Assembly: GCA_002311285.1 (NCBI GenBank)
Contig: DBZU01000072.1
Coordinates: 41,535 to 94,748 of the forward strand
Source of the DNA: Dehalococcoidia bacterium UBA1152
Lineage (GTDB): Bacteria; Chloroflexota; Dehalococcoidia; Lucifugimonadales; UBA2962
Length of the DNA: 53,214 nucleotides
Direction: 5' to 3'
Shown here: piece after piece, positions 27,946-38,096 of the stretch
Numbering within the stretch: the first letter of the stretch is position 1
How the letters are laid out: every line of letters starts with the position of its first letter
The notes under the pieces: generated by a model
Told to the model about the DNA's origin: nothing
Databases searched by the model: none
What the model saw: the letters and a program-made list of their open reading frames with translations, nothing else
Translations under genes and position numbers: made by a program

Positions 27946-29264
27946 GTGACCCTGGATCTGAAGAAACAAGACCTTTAATTCGAGAAAGTTTTTTCTACGC
28001 ACCGGAAGTTATTGAGGACATACAAGCAAAAGCTGAACTAGGACGATATCGTGTTCGTGGTTTTGGTACTCTTCGTAAACTCCCGTCTTTCGATGACTTA
28101 ACATTTGTAACAGCTGGAATGAGTAGAGTTCCGCTTGAAGGGTACAGGGAAAGTTGTAGTACCAAAACGGTCATAGGATCTCGAAATGCAACAGAACCTT
28201 TAAAGCTTGATACGCCGATTTATATCACTGGAATGAGTTATGGGGCTCTTTCGAAAACAGCTAAAGTTGCATTAGGTAAAGCTGCTACAGAAACTGGAAC
28301 CATGACTGTGACAGGAGACGGGGGCATGCTTCTTGAAGAACGAGAAGCATCTCGTTTGTTGATGTATCAAGTATTGCCAAGCCGATACGGTTTTAATCCT
28401 GATCACTTGAAGTCAGCAAACGCATTAGAAATAGTAATCGGGCAAGGAGCCAAACCGGGAACCGGCGGACTGTTAATGGGTTTAAAAGTTTCGGAAACCA
28501 TAGCTGACCAGCGTGAATTACCTGCAGGGATTGACCAAAGAAGTCCAGTTAGGCACCCAGACTGGATGGGCTCAGATGACTTGATGATAAAAATCGAAGA
28601 GCTTCGTGAAGTAACAGATGGTAAAGTACCGATATTTATAAAATTAGGTGCTGGTCGAGTAACAGATGATGTTAAATTAGCAGCAAAAGTCGGGGCAGAT
28701 GCAATTGTTATTGATGGTATGGAAGCAGGTACAGGAGCCTCTCCCGAACTGCAATTAGATCACACAGGTATACCTACTATGCCTGCAACCGTAGAAGCTG
28801 TTCGCGCGTTGCAAGACCTTGGTTTAGAAGAAGAGGTAGACATAATTGTGTCAGGTGGTATAACTAGTGGGGCAGATGTGGCAAAAGCTTTAGCTTTGGG
28901 CGCGAAAGGAGTTGCAATAGGAACTGCTGCGCTAATCGCTTTGAATTGTAATAAGTCTATATATATAAATGATTACGAACGACTTGGAACCAGGCCGGGT
29001 GCTTGTCACCACTGCCACACTGGATTGTGCCCGGTAGGCATTACCACGCAAGACCCAGAATTGGAATCTCGACTTAATCTAGAAGAAGCTGCTGAACGAG
29101 TAACGAATTATCTTAACGCCTTAACCTTGGAAGTTCAGCTGATATCCAGGGCTTGCGGCAAACGAGATATTCATAATTTAGAACCGGAAGATTTAAGAGC
29201 TTTAACTTTGGATGCCTCAGCAATGACAGGAATTCCATTAGTAGGTAGCAACAAGGTTTATTAA
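27942..29264 (+). CDS. FMN-dependent glutamate synthase-domain protein (GlxD/MgsC-like)
   Basis: Has GMSYGALS, GQGAKPGTGG, VIDGMEAGTGASP and SGGITSGADVAKALALGA motifs. The ATG at 27942 forms an ATGA overlap with the upstream stop and follows a GGAGAG RBS. The ORF-track start is 27927. Confidence 0.85.
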   Translation: MSDPGSEETRPLIRESFFYAPEVIEDIQAKAELGRYRVRGFGTLRKLPSFDDLTFVTAGMSRVPLEGYRESCSTKTVIGSRNATEPLKLDTPIYITGMSYGALSKTAKVALGKAATETGTMTVTGDGGMLLEEREASRLLMYQVLPSRYGFNPDHLKSANALEIVIGQGAKPGTGGLLMGLKVSETIADQRELPAGIDQRSPVRHPDWMGSDDLMIKIEELREVTDGKVPIFIKLGAGRVTDDVKLAAKVGADAIVIDGMEAGTGASPELQLDHTGIPTMPATVEAVRALQDLGLEEEVDIIVSGGITSGADVAKALALGAKGVAIGTAALIALNCNKSIYINDYERLGTRPGACHHCHTGLCPVGITTQDPELESRLNLEEAAERVTNYLNALTLEVQLISRACGKRDIHNLEPEDLRALTLDASAMTGIPLVGSNKVY

Positions 29265-29336
29265 TTGAAATTAAATTCATATCAGATAGTGACTAACGTT
29301 CAGAATTGTTTATATAAGTTAAGAGGTTTATCTTAA

Positions 29337-30212
29337 ATGGATAAAATATTTGAAATAGATATGGCTGGAGAAAAAATTCGAGCATATTTGCTTACAGCTG
29401 AAGCCCCAAAAACTTGCCAGGCATTTGAAACGGCCATGCCCATCAAGACATTTGCTGTAAATGCAAAGTTTGCTGGTGATGAAACAATAGGCATGTTGTC
29501 TTTCTATGTTCCTCCTGGAGAAAATGAGGTCCCTTCGGTTGAACCGGGCGATATCGGATATTATCCAAGAAGTCAAACACTGTGCTTATTTTACGGTGAC
29601 ATAATGCCGTTTGGATATATAAATTTATTTGCGAAGGTAATACCCGAAGATTTAGATAAAGCAGTAATAGCCGGGGGGAAAATTTTGAAGGCCGGTTCGA
29701 TGCCATTAACGATCAACATGTCTAAAAGTCAAGAGACGCAAAAGGTTATGAGCCCCAAACATAATAACCCCACCATAATTAAAGTTATGCGTGCTATAGA
29801 AGAAATTTGGGAAAACGAGCCTGATGATGTGTCTAGTATGAGAACTCATAAACGTCCACCTATGGGGAATTTTCCTTGGCTGATTTATTCAAACTTCGAT
29901 CTGTTCTGGGGCACAGAAAATTTACATGTTGCCAGTGACTTGGCAAAGGATTTGGAATTAAACGCAGCTAAAAAAGTGTCCCTTAGTTATCTAAAACGAA
30001 CAAAAGAAAGGCTTGGTAAGTGGGGTTATTCTAATGCTACTTCTTTGATAGAAGAGGTGTCAGACAACATAAAAATTTTAGAATCAAGTGACGAATTGAT
30101 AACTTTACTTGATTCTATGAACGTGTACTTAAATCGATTAGGCAGTTGGGTAGACGCAATGATACCTTGGAATAATATGGATAACAGCTTAAAACTACTT
30201 ACATTAAAATAA
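29337..30212 (+). CDS. DUF3830 (cyclophilin-like fold) domain protein with an unrecognised roughly 150-aa C-terminal extension
   Basis: 291 aa. The N-terminal roughly 130 aa (LLTAEAPKTCQAFETAMP ... GDIGYYPRSQTLCLFYGD) look like DUF3830. I do not recognise the rest. An AAGAGG RBS lies upstream. Confidence 0.6.
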   Translation: MDKIFEIDMAGEKIRAYLLTAEAPKTCQAFETAMPIKTFAVNAKFAGDETIGMLSFYVPPGENEVPSVEPGDIGYYPRSQTLCLFYGDIMPFGYINLFAKVIPEDLDKAVIAGGKILKAGSMPLTINMSKSQETQKVMSPKHNNPTIIKVMRAIEEIWENEPDDVSSMRTHKRPPMGNFPWLIYSNFDLFWGTENLHVASDLAKDLELNAAKKVSLSYLKRTKERLGKWGYSNATSLIEEVSDNIKILESSDELITLLDSMNVYLNRLGSWVDAMIPWNNMDNSLKLLTLK

Positions 30213-30215
30213 TAG

Positions 30216-30860
30216 CTACCCGCTATTTCTTTTATCTACAGCTCTCCACCCTAACCCTACGACTGTGGCTGCTAGCATCGCTTTAACCAGATCGCCAGGG
30301 ATATATGGATACATCCCTGATGAAAATAACTCGCCTTCTGCGGGCCAACCATAATCTCCAAATTGCAGCCATAATAAACCAGGGACATATACCACTAGCA
30401 TACCGAAAACCATTGTCCACAATGAACGTCTATTCCATCCTCTTTGAGAGAGATAACCTACAAGCCATGTCGATACTATAAAACCAATAAGATATCCGCC
30501 TGTAACTCCAGCGCTTGTGTACGCCCAACCTCCACTTCCGTCTTTAAATACAGGCACGCCTGACATTCCTAAAAAATAATATATTAGGATTGATACCAGG
30601 CCCCAGCGCCATCCCAACACTCCACCAGCAATAAGCACGCCAAATCCTTGTAATGTGATTGGAACCGGATTATCTGGCAAATAGAAACTCGCTCTAGCTA
30701 ATCCTGTTATAAGACCAACAAGAGCTAAAGATACAACGAGTTTATGAACCCAAGTAACTGTCGGGACTAAAGCTTCTAATAACGATGGGCCTGGCTTTGA
30801 AAGCCATACCCATGGCTTAGAAGCGATTACCCTACTTCCTGGTTTAGTTACCATTTGCAT
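30216..30860 (-). CDS. bioY: Biotin transporter BioY (ECF S-component family)
   Basis: 214 aa, polytopic. Has PITLQGFGVLIAGGVLG and GGYLIGF motifs typical of BioY. No bioM/bioN adjacent. Confidence 0.8.
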   Translation of the reverse strand: MQMVTKPGSRVIASKPWVWLSKPGPSLLEALVPTVTWVHKLVVSLALVGLITGLARASFYLPDNPVPITLQGFGVLIAGGVLGWRWGLVSILIYYFLGMSGVPVFKDGSGGWAYTSAGVTGGYLIGFIVSTWLVGYLSQRGWNRRSLWTMVFGMLVVYVPGLLWLQFGDYGWPAEGELFSSGMYPYIPGDLVKAMLAATVVGLGWRAVDKRNSG

Positions 30861-30885
30861 ATTAATTGTCTCCTGAATAAGCTCT

Positions 30886-31134
30886 TTATATTGCTTGGTT
30901 GTTTTGAATCATACAATTCGCACAACTACAAGATAAACTGTCTTGATGGTCACGAGCAGTAAATAATGAATCGCTATTTAAACTAACTTCTTTTTCACTT
31001 CCGCCAAACAAAGACTTAAAAATATTTTGACCCATTGCTGTTATTGCTATAGCGCCCAGAAAATAAACCGGCATTTGCTTTAGAAATTTTCTCTTTGTTA
31101 GGTTAAGTTTGTTTTTATAAGAGTTATTCATCAA
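30886..31134 (-). CDS. Hypothetical small protein with Tat-like KR signal and Cys-rich C-terminus
   Basis: 82-aa ORF. TKRKFLK followed by a hydrophobic helix, and a C-terminal SCSCANC. No family recognised. Confidence 0.4.
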   Translation of the reverse strand: MMNNSYKNKLNLTKRKFLKQMPVYFLGAIAITAMGQNIFKSLFGGSEKEVSLNSDSLFTARDHQDSLSCSCANCMIQNNQAI

Positions 31135-31236
31135 TGTCTCCAGATTTATTGCATTATCAATAAACTATAATCTCGATTTTACTTTTTAACTAAAACCGAA
31201 ATTATAATAGCAGAGTTTATCTTATTCAACGTAAAT

Positions 31237-32052
31237 TTAATTCTGATTTGTATAGTCAATCAAATTATGAAAGTGATTAACCGGTCCTTTACCAGTACCA
31301 ACAGGGTAAGCTTTACGTATTGACAATTGGACATATCGCTTTGCCATACCTACTGCCTCCAACAAACCAACCTGTTTTGCCAGTGCCACCGCTAAGGCCG
31401 ACGCAAATGTACAGCCGGTGCCGTGAGTATTACATGAGTCTATTCTAGAACCAGTGAAGGCTTTATATTCTATGCCATCATAAACTAAATCAGTTGCCGG
31501 TCCTGATTCGAAGCCTCCGGTAATCACTACAGCTTTCGCCCCTAATTCCATAATCGATTTAGCAGATTTCCTGAGTTGCTCCATTGTCTCTATAGAACTG
31601 CCAATCAAAACCTCTGCCTCAGATACGTTAGGAGTAACAACATCCGCAATTGGCAGTAGTTTACCTTTCAAACAATCAATTGCATCTTCTTCAATTAAAC
31701 GGAAACCAGTTGTAGATATCATCACAGGATCAACAACTAATATCGGTACATCATTCTTACCTAAAGTATCTACAACTACATCAATTATTTCACTACTGGA
31801 TAACATGCCTGTCTTTACGGCATCAGTGCCAATATCAGTAAATATTGCTTCTATTTGGCTTGCCACATTAGAAGTCGGGATATTGTGTACGTCGGTAACC
31901 CCGTGCGTATTCTGAGAAGTAATACTAGTGATCACAGAGGTGCCATATGCCCCCAATGAAGCAAAGGTCTTTAAGTCAGCCTGTATTCCAGCACCACCAC
32001 CAGAATCTGAACCAGCTATAGTCAATATCTTTTTTACATTCATCGATTTCAT
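31237..32052 (-). CDS. thiD: Hydroxymethylpyrimidine/phosphomethylpyrimidine kinase
   Basis: 271 aa. Has [21 protein letters not shown] and [10 protein letters not shown] motifs. Confidence 0.92.
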   Translation of the reverse strand: MKSMNVKKILTIAGSDSGGGAGIQADLKTFASLGAYGTSVITSITSQNTHGVTDVHNIPTSNVASQIEAIFTDIGTDAVKTGMLSSSEIIDVVVDTLGKNDVPILVVDPVMISTTGFRLIEEDAIDCLKGKLLPIADVVTPNVSEAEVLIGSSIETMEQLRKSAKSIMELGAKAVVITGGFESGPATDLVYDGIEYKAFTGSRIDSCNTHGTGCTFASALAVALAKQVGLLEAVGMAKRYVQLSIRKAYPVGTGKGPVNHFHNLIDYTNQN

Positions 32053-32186
32053 TTTTAGTTACGTAATCACTAAATTCAATAATAATTCAACATTTGTAAC
32101 ACAGTTATATGATTTGGAATTATATTTAAATAAATTACACTAAGTACCAAATTTTATTGATATTTAAAGAAATTGCTGGAATTAAT

Positions 32187-32906
32187 ATGAATATTTTAAC
32201 TAAATATACCCAAATTATGGGTATAAAACTGGATAGCAAGCAAATAGAACAACTTCATACCTACAAAAATTTACTGATTGAATGGAATCAAAAAGTCAAC
32301 CTAACAGCAATAACCGATCCAAAAGAAATAATTGTTAAACACTTTTTAGACTCAATGGCTATTCACGCTGTATCACCCGTATTAAACAAACAGGGTTTTA
32401 AAGTTATTGACGTAGGTAGCGGCGCAGGATTCCCTGGATTGGTTTTACAAATTGCTTTCCCTAAATGTAACATCACATTATTAGAGTCGACTCAGAAGAA
32501 AGTTAAATTTCTCCAATTCGTCAAAACAAAACTCGAATTGACAAACTTGACTGTAATTGGGGCTAGAGCCGAGCTTGCTGCTCACAATGTACTGTTTCGA
32601 GAAGTTTTTGATTTAGTGGTTGCTAGAGGAGTTGCAAGATTATCCACATTGTCAGAACTTACTCTACCGTTTTGTAAAATTAATGGATTATGCGTACTTC
32701 ACAAAGGTCCGAATCCTGATAAAGAACTGACGCAAGCATCAAAAGCTATTAACCACATGGGAGGAAATAAAGCAGAACTTTTGTCGTTAAATCAAAGTCT
32801 TTCGTTACCATCCAACAACACCGTTTTTGTAAAGTTAATTAAAATAAGTAAGACACCAGCGAGATTTCCACGCGCAGATGGTATGCCCAAAAAAAGTCCT
32901 CTTTAA
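32187..32906 (+). CDS. rsmG: 16S rRNA (guanine527-N7)-methyltransferase
   Basis: Has LLIEWNQKVNLTAI, HFLDS and DVGSGAGFPGLVL motifs. I prefer the ATG at 32187. The ORF-track TTG at 32157 adds 10 codons. Confidence 0.88.
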   Translation: MNILTKYTQIMGIKLDSKQIEQLHTYKNLLIEWNQKVNLTAITDPKEIIVKHFLDSMAIHAVSPVLNKQGFKVIDVGSGAGFPGLVLQIAFPKCNITLLESTQKKVKFLQFVKTKLELTNLTVIGARAELAAHNVLFREVFDLVVARGVARLSTLSELTLPFCKINGLCVLHKGPNPDKELTQASKAINHMGGNKAELLSLNQSLSLPSNNTVFVKLIKISKTPARFPRADGMPKKSPL

Positions 32907-32920
32907 TATGAACAACTAAT

Positions 32921-34018
32921 ATGCGATTTCATTGGTCCTATTTTCTCGACAACTACAAAATTTTATTTGACGACACTTATACGCGCGAAGATGTAATTAC
33001 CAAGTTACGAGCAAGAGTGTTTTCTTTACCAACGATCATCTTTATTGGTATAACCACTGCTTTAATATTTTCTATATCCATTGGCATTGATCTAGATTGG
33101 TCACAGATGTTTTCGAATATTCGTGAGATGAATCCATTTCAATATCTGATCGGAATATGTGTTTACTATGGAAGCTTTCTTGTAAGAGGATTGCGTTGGA
33201 AGATATTAGCAAGTACTGCATCAAAAACGATAACCGATACTGGCGAAAAGACAAAATTACCCTCTACACTAGAATTTTCAAAATTCATATTGATTGGATG
33301 GTTTATTAATGCTATCGCTTGGCTAAGGCTGGGAGATGCATATCGTGCATGGAGTTTTTCGCGACAATCCAAAAAAAAGTTTTCATGGAGTTTAGGAACT
33401 CTTTTAACTGAAAGAGTGTTAGATATGTCTACAATACTAGGCATATTAATTGTAGCAATTCTGGCTATAACAAGTTTAGGCAATGATGTATCTAATTATT
33501 TAATATTTGCCGCAGCCATAATGACAGGCTTGTTAATTATGTTCCTCATATTTATGCACCTGTTTGGGCTTAAACTCGCTAAGCTTTTACCAAAAACATT
33601 ATTTTCTATCTACAGCATGTTTCATAAAGGAACATTAGACAGTTTAGCGATTAAACAAATGCCTCTGTTGATTGTGCTAAGCATAATAGGGTGGTTGCTA
33701 GAGGCAGGTCGTCTTTATTTCATAATAAAAGCATTAAATCTAGAATTATCGATACCGATGATATTAATTGTTTCATTGGGTCACGCGATATTGAGTACTG
33801 TTCCCACACCTGGTGGTATTGGTGCTGTAGAGGCTGGTGTAACTGGATTGCTAGCTTTGTCACTACCAAAAAACGATGCTGCTTCGATAGCAATATTAGA
33901 TCGATCAGTAACCCTGTTAAGTGTAATAGTTTTTGGAGGATTAGCTTTTTTTATATTTGAAATATTTCAAATCAAATTGCCTTCAAAACGCAAACCGCCT
34001 TATAGGGGTAAATATTGA
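32921..34018 (+). CDS. Flippase-like / lysylphosphatidylglycerol-synthase transmembrane-region family membrane protein (UPF0104)
   Basis: 365 aa, polytopic. Has the FLVRGLRWKIL motif and a C-terminal TPGGIGAVEAG motif, characteristic of this family. Confidence 0.7.
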   Translation: MRFHWSYFLDNYKILFDDTYTREDVITKLRARVFSLPTIIFIGITTALIFSISIGIDLDWSQMFSNIREMNPFQYLIGICVYYGSFLVRGLRWKILASTASKTITDTGEKTKLPSTLEFSKFILIGWFINAIAWLRLGDAYRAWSFSRQSKKKFSWSLGTLLTERVLDMSTILGILIVAILAITSLGNDVSNYLIFAAAIMTGLLIMFLIFMHLFGLKLAKLLPKTLFSIYSMFHKGTLDSLAIKQMPLLIVLSIIGWLLEAGRLYFIIKALNLELSIPMILIVSLGHAILSTVPTPGGIGAVEAGVTGLLALSLPKNDAASIAILDRSVTLLSVIVFGGLAFFIFEIFQIKLPSKRKPPYRGKY

Positions 34019-34097
34019 CAAGTTATAATTACTTGAATTTAGAATTTAAAAAAAATTACATTTTGCTTAACCAAGTTCATTTACGGAGAATTCCAAT

Positions 34098-35774
34098 ATG
34101 GCCACGTTAAATCTCAGAAAACATAGTTCAATTCAAGTCGATGGGCCAGATAGGGCTGCAGCTAGAGCTATGTTGAGAGCGTCTGGATTACAAGACGAGG
34201 ATTTTACAAAGCCATTTGTTGCAATCGCTAATCTAGCGAGTGATGTCACGCCATGTAATATGCATTTGGATCGAATAGCAAAGGCTGCTAAAGAAGGCGT
34301 TAGATCAGCCAACCTGGTACCTTTTGGGTTTGGAACAATTACTATAAGCGATGGAATATCGATGGGTACTGAAGGCATGAAAGCTTCGCTAGTAAGTAGA
34401 GAAGTTATAGCTGATTCTATAGAGACGGTGGTTTTTGGAGAGAGCATGGACGGTCTATTAGTAGTAGCAGCATGCGATAAAAATATGCCAGGAGCGCTGA
34501 TGTCAATGGCCCGTCTAAACGTGCCATCAATATTCGTTTATGGCGGCGCTATACTAGCGGGCAACTACAATGGTAAAGATATTAATGTACAAGACATGTT
34601 TGAAGCTATAGGCACCTATTCTCAAGGTAACTTGAGTCTAGATGAATTAATAGCTATGGAGAGGGTGGCATGTCCAGGAGAAGGGGCTTGCTCAGGTATG
34701 TTCACCGCTAACACTATGGCATCAGCCATAGAGGCGTTGGGTATGTGTCTTCCCGGTACGGCTTCAATTCCAGCAGTAGATTCGAGAAATCTAGAGTTCG
34801 CCAAAAAAGCAGGTGATTTTTTATATAAATTATTAGAGAACGACATAAAACCTCGCGACATTATGACTAAAAAATCATTTGAAAATGCTATTACAGTCGT
34901 GCTTTCTATGGGAGGCTCCACTAACGCAGTTTTACACTTACTAGCCATTGCAAATGAAGCTAACGTAGATTTAGAGATAGATGATTTTGACCGATTGAGT
35001 AGAAAAACTCCATATCTTACGGACCTACGTCCGGGTGGTAAGTATGTAATGCCAGACATGGACAAATCCGGTGGAGTGCCTGCACTTATGAATGAATTAC
35101 TAAAGGGAGGCTTGTTGCACGGAGAAGCTCTAACTATCACAGGGAAAACCATAGCTGAAAACTTGGAAGAATTTAAAACAACTCCTGACAGTAAAGTGAT
35201 TTATCCAATAAGCGCTCCTCGAAGTCCAACTGGTGGCTTGGTTATTTTAAAAGGCAACTTAGCTCCTGAAGGTGCTGTATTAAAGGTTTCAGGAACAAAA
35301 AATCGTACACACCAAGGACCAGCCAGGGTGTTTGATTCAGAACGAGCTGCCTTTAAAGCTGTTACGAAAGGCCAAATTAAAGATGGAGATGTAGTGGTGG
35401 TTAGGTACGAAGGACCTAAGGGTGGGCCTGGCATGCAAGAGATGCTTGCTCTTACCGGCGCTATTATTGGATCTGGACTAGGCGATTCAACTATACTGTT
35501 AACTGATGGCCGTTTTTCTGGAGCAACCCGAGGCCCAATGATAGGCCATATTGCCCCAGAAGCCATGGTTGGTGGTCCAATTGCATTAGTGGAAAATGGA
35601 GACATAATCAACTTAGATGTTGATTCAAGAGATCTTTCTGTTCATCTATCAAAAGAAGAAATGTCAAAACGCAGAGGAAACTGGAAAGCGCCTAAACCAA
35701 ATTATACCCACGGTGTTTTGGGAAAGTATGCTAAATTGGTTTCATCTGCTTCTAAAGGCGCAGTGACTGGGTAA
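34098..35774 (+). CDS. ilvD: Dihydroxy-acid dehydratase
   Basis: 558 aa. Has [34 protein letters not shown] and [12 protein letters not shown] motifs. Confidence 0.96.
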   Translation: MATLNLRKHSSIQVDGPDRAAARAMLRASGLQDEDFTKPFVAIANLASDVTPCNMHLDRIAKAAKEGVRSANLVPFGFGTITISDGISMGTEGMKASLVSREVIADSIETVVFGESMDGLLVVAACDKNMPGALMSMARLNVPSIFVYGGAILAGNYNGKDINVQDMFEAIGTYSQGNLSLDELIAMERVACPGEGACSGMFTANTMASAIEALGMCLPGTASIPAVDSRNLEFAKKAGDFLYKLLENDIKPRDIMTKKSFENAITVVLSMGGSTNAVLHLLAIANEANVDLEIDDFDRLSRKTPYLTDLRPGGKYVMPDMDKSGGVPALMNELLKGGLLHGEALTITGKTIAENLEEFKTTPDSKVIYPISAPRSPTGGLVILKGNLAPEGAVLKVSGTKNRTHQGPARVFDSERAAFKAVTKGQIKDGDVVVVRYEGPKGGPGMQEMLALTGAIIGSGLGDSTILLTDGRFSGATRGPMIGHIAPEAMVGGPIALVENGDIINLDVDSRDLSVHLSKEEMSKRRGNWKAPKPNYTHGVLGKYAKLVSSASKGAVTG

Positions 35775-35808
35775 ACCGGCTTTAAGTTTTATTTTTTTGA
35801 TTCAAAGA

Positions 35809-36996
35809 TCAAATAATACTCAATAGCTTCTTAGTTAAAATTCTTGTCCGGTCTTCGTTCAAATTCATGGGGTGTATCGTAATTATACCTTCTCCTAGAC
35901 CAACCTCTTGTACGAAAACTCCTGGATTACCATTTTTCAGCTGTCTTGATATTTCAAATGCAGATTTTTGTAATACTTCCTCGTTAACTCTAATTGTCAA
36001 AATTGGAGAGCCTTCTTCAGGAGCGAAGATTCTTGTTTCTAGAGCCTTACTACTTATAGCGGAAACTATAGATTTTAAATAGTTTGTTTGATCTATGTAA
36101 TTTGATTCATAATTATCTTCCACAAATAACCTTAATGCAGTTAAGAGACCTACCACGTTCTCTTTAGACACCTTAAACCCTCTTCCAATACCATGACGAG
36201 GTATACCCGGAAGTGTATCTTTGGGAATTAAATCATTAGGCGGATCCCAAATATCAAAAAACTCGTCCATATCAAGGTTTTGTAATGCAACAGAAGTTAT
36301 CAGATGTTTTTTACCACAAAGAATTCCTGTAGATTGAGGCCCCAGTAAAGCTTTGCCTCCAGAAAATGCAACAAGGTCAGCACCCATTTCAATGAATCTC
36401 CTTAGATTTGCCTTGGGAGGCAATTCTCCCGCTGCATCAACAATTACTGGCAATTTAAACTTTTGAGCTACCTTAACAACGTCTGTCAAACAAGGATGAC
36501 TGTCTGGGCCCTGTGAGTAATAGATGCCTACCGTTGAATCCGTTATCGCTACTTCATATTCCCATGGTTCAGTTCGTCGTACTCCCGCATTAGCTACTAT
36601 CTCGTTCATACCCACCTCGACCAGGGTTGCCCCTGCAAGCCTCGCAGCATGATCATAGCCATTACGATGTTCACGCGAAATAATAAACTCATTTTTGAAA
36701 CCTTGGGTTTGAGGTAACTTATCAATTTTTGATAAATCGCAACCTGCTATTATTGAGGCTGTAGCTAAAGTTAAACCTGCAGAAGCGCCAGAGGTAACAT
36801 ATCCAGCTTCTGCTCCAGTTACATTGGATATATACCGACTCGCTGCGGCTTGTAATTCTGCCATCGATACAGATTCCCGAGCCGCCTCTCTCATTGAATC
36901 TACAACCTCTTCCGGCATCAAAGCTCCTCCTACACGCGTCGAGGCACCAGATACATTAATAATAGTTCTAACTCCAAAATTGTCGTAAATTGCCAT
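35809..36996 (-). CDS. SelA-like PLP-dependent enzyme (DgaE/L-seryl-tRNA selenium transferase-related family)
   Basis: 395 aa. Has an N-terminal INVSGASTRVGGALMPEEV and FSGGKALLGPQSTG (PLP lysine region). Confidence 0.65.
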   Translation of the reverse strand: MAIYDNFGVRTIINVSGASTRVGGALMPEEVVDSMREAARESVSMAELQAAASRYISNVTGAEAGYVTSGASAGLTLATASIIAGCDLSKIDKLPQTQGFKNEFIISREHRNGYDHAARLAGATLVEVGMNEIVANAGVRRTEPWEYEVAITDSTVGIYYSQGPDSHPCLTDVVKVAQKFKLPVIVDAAGELPPKANLRRFIEMGADLVAFSGGKALLGPQSTGILCGKKHLITSVALQNLDMDEFFDIWDPPNDLIPKDTLPGIPRHGIGRGFKVSKENVVGLLTALRLFVEDNYESNYIDQTNYLKSIVSAISSKALETRIFAPEEGSPILTIRVNEEVLQKSAFEISRQLKNGNPGVFVQEVGLGEGIITIHPMNLNEDRTRILTKKLLSII

Positions 36997-37084
36997 AGCT
37001 TCCTGTAAGTTCCTTTATTCGAAGTAATTCCTGTTTCCAAATTGGTATTAAAAGACTAGATGATATATCGTCCTACTCATATAT

Positions 37085-37124
37085 AACAAAAAACCGGGAC
37101 ACCTGTTAATGCGTATCCCGGTTT
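37085..37124 (-). terminator. Rho-independent terminator of the zinc-ribbon gene
   Basis: On the minus strand, stem AAACCGGGA / TCCCGGTTT (37091-37099 pairs with 37116-37124) with a 16-nt loop, followed by TTTTTTGTT. It lies about 30 nt past the stop at 37156. Confidence 0.65.
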
Positions 37125-37155
37125 AAGTTGTATTTCGAAATTAATCGGTGTTCGA

Positions 37156-37665
37156 TTACTTCCAGCCTAAAGACCCCTTTGGATCTGGCAGCAAAGAAAC
37201 TCGATGGCCTTGAACGCATTTATATCTTTCTTCTCTTAGTTCACGACGCTTACCAGATAATGATGATTGTTCCATAATGGAATCACAAAATGGGCATGTA
37301 ACTTCATATACAGCTCTATTCCTTAGTCTAACTACTTGCACATAAAGCAACGTTTCTTTCAAATTGTCATACTCGCCTGTATACCGTATTACATATCGCG
37401 TTCCAGTAGTAATCAAGTTGGTAGGCCTGGTTCCATTTTTATTGGGCGTGTGTCCGTAATCAACATAACCGCATTTAATACACTGCGGCTCATTGTATCC
37501 CTGCATCAAATTGTTCTCACATCTCGGACATTCGAGTCGACCCTTAGATCCGCGTCTGGGCCTTGGAACTTGAACTGGACTGGGAAGAACCTTTGGTTTA
37601 ACAACCAGAGGAACATCTGGCGAATAAGTTGTTTTTAATCTATAAGGCGTAGCCTGAATAACCAT
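37156..37665 (-). CDS. Hypothetical protein with Pro-rich N-terminus and two zinc-ribbon motifs
   Basis: 169 aa. Cys pairs are CPRC-x14-CIKC and CPFC-x24-C..GH. It has its own terminator and a 446-bp AT-rich upstream spacer. No family recognised. Confidence 0.6.
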   Translation of the reverse strand: MVIQATPYRLKTTYSPDVPLVVKPKVLPSPVQVPRPRRGSKGRLECPRCENNLMQGYNEPQCIKCGYVDYGHTPNKNGTRPTNLITTGTRYVIRYTGEYDNLKETLLYVQVVRLRNRAVYEVTCPFCDSIMEQSSLSGKRRELREERYKCVQGHRVSLLPDPKGSLGWK

Positions 37666-38066
37666 TTTTTTTCTCCGACTTTTGTCCTAATTTAGTAATA
37701 TCAAAATATGTATCACAATAAATCGAAAAATCTATAGATCGACATAAATTAATTAATACTTTGTACAATTTTTAGAATTTTTTCAGACACTGATTAAACA
37801 AAGTATAATATTTTGTCAATGCTATTTCTAAAGAATTGTTCGTTCTTTGTTTATGATTTGGATAATTCGTGTTTTACGTATATTTACAATCTGAACAATA
37901 ATTTCGCCCATAAACCGCATGTCACAGGGATTGCTTAAATATTTATATGTTTAAATATAATCAATTGTTAAGACAAGTGTTCTAATTTTTTTTAGACATT
38001 TTTATACATAATCCGACATTAAATAAAGTATCGGTATTTGTAAAAACAACAATACATTCTGGTCGA

Positions 38067-38096
38067 TTGACATCGGTTATTTGCAAATGCTAAAGT
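38067..38096 (+). promoter_or_regulatory. Candidate promoter TTGACA-18 nt-TAAAGT upstream of etfB
   Basis: Read directly from the sequence. It would give a very short leader before the TTG start at 38112, with no obvious Shine-Dalgarno. Confidence 0.3.

Noticed and set aside
32053-32156. Possible TPP riboswitch upstream of thiD
   Set aside because: I looked for the conserved CTGAGA and ACCTGATCTGGATAATGCCAGCG-like elements. The spacer is simple AT-rich DNA with neither.
34133-35611. Three long minus-strand ORFs (104, 176 and 136 aa) inside ilvD
   Set aside because: They are antisense to a strongly conserved dihydroxy-acid dehydratase. The Pro/Ser/Ala-rich composition is typical of the reverse frame of a GC-richer gene.
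35797-35812. Third TTGAT...ATCAA palindrome (TTGAT-tcaaag-ATCAA), suggesting a shared operator family with those at 17633 and 48623
   Set aside because: Only the outer 5 bp are shared. The spacers and inner arms differ, and such short AT-rich palindromes are expected by chance in these spacers. I do not claim a common motif.
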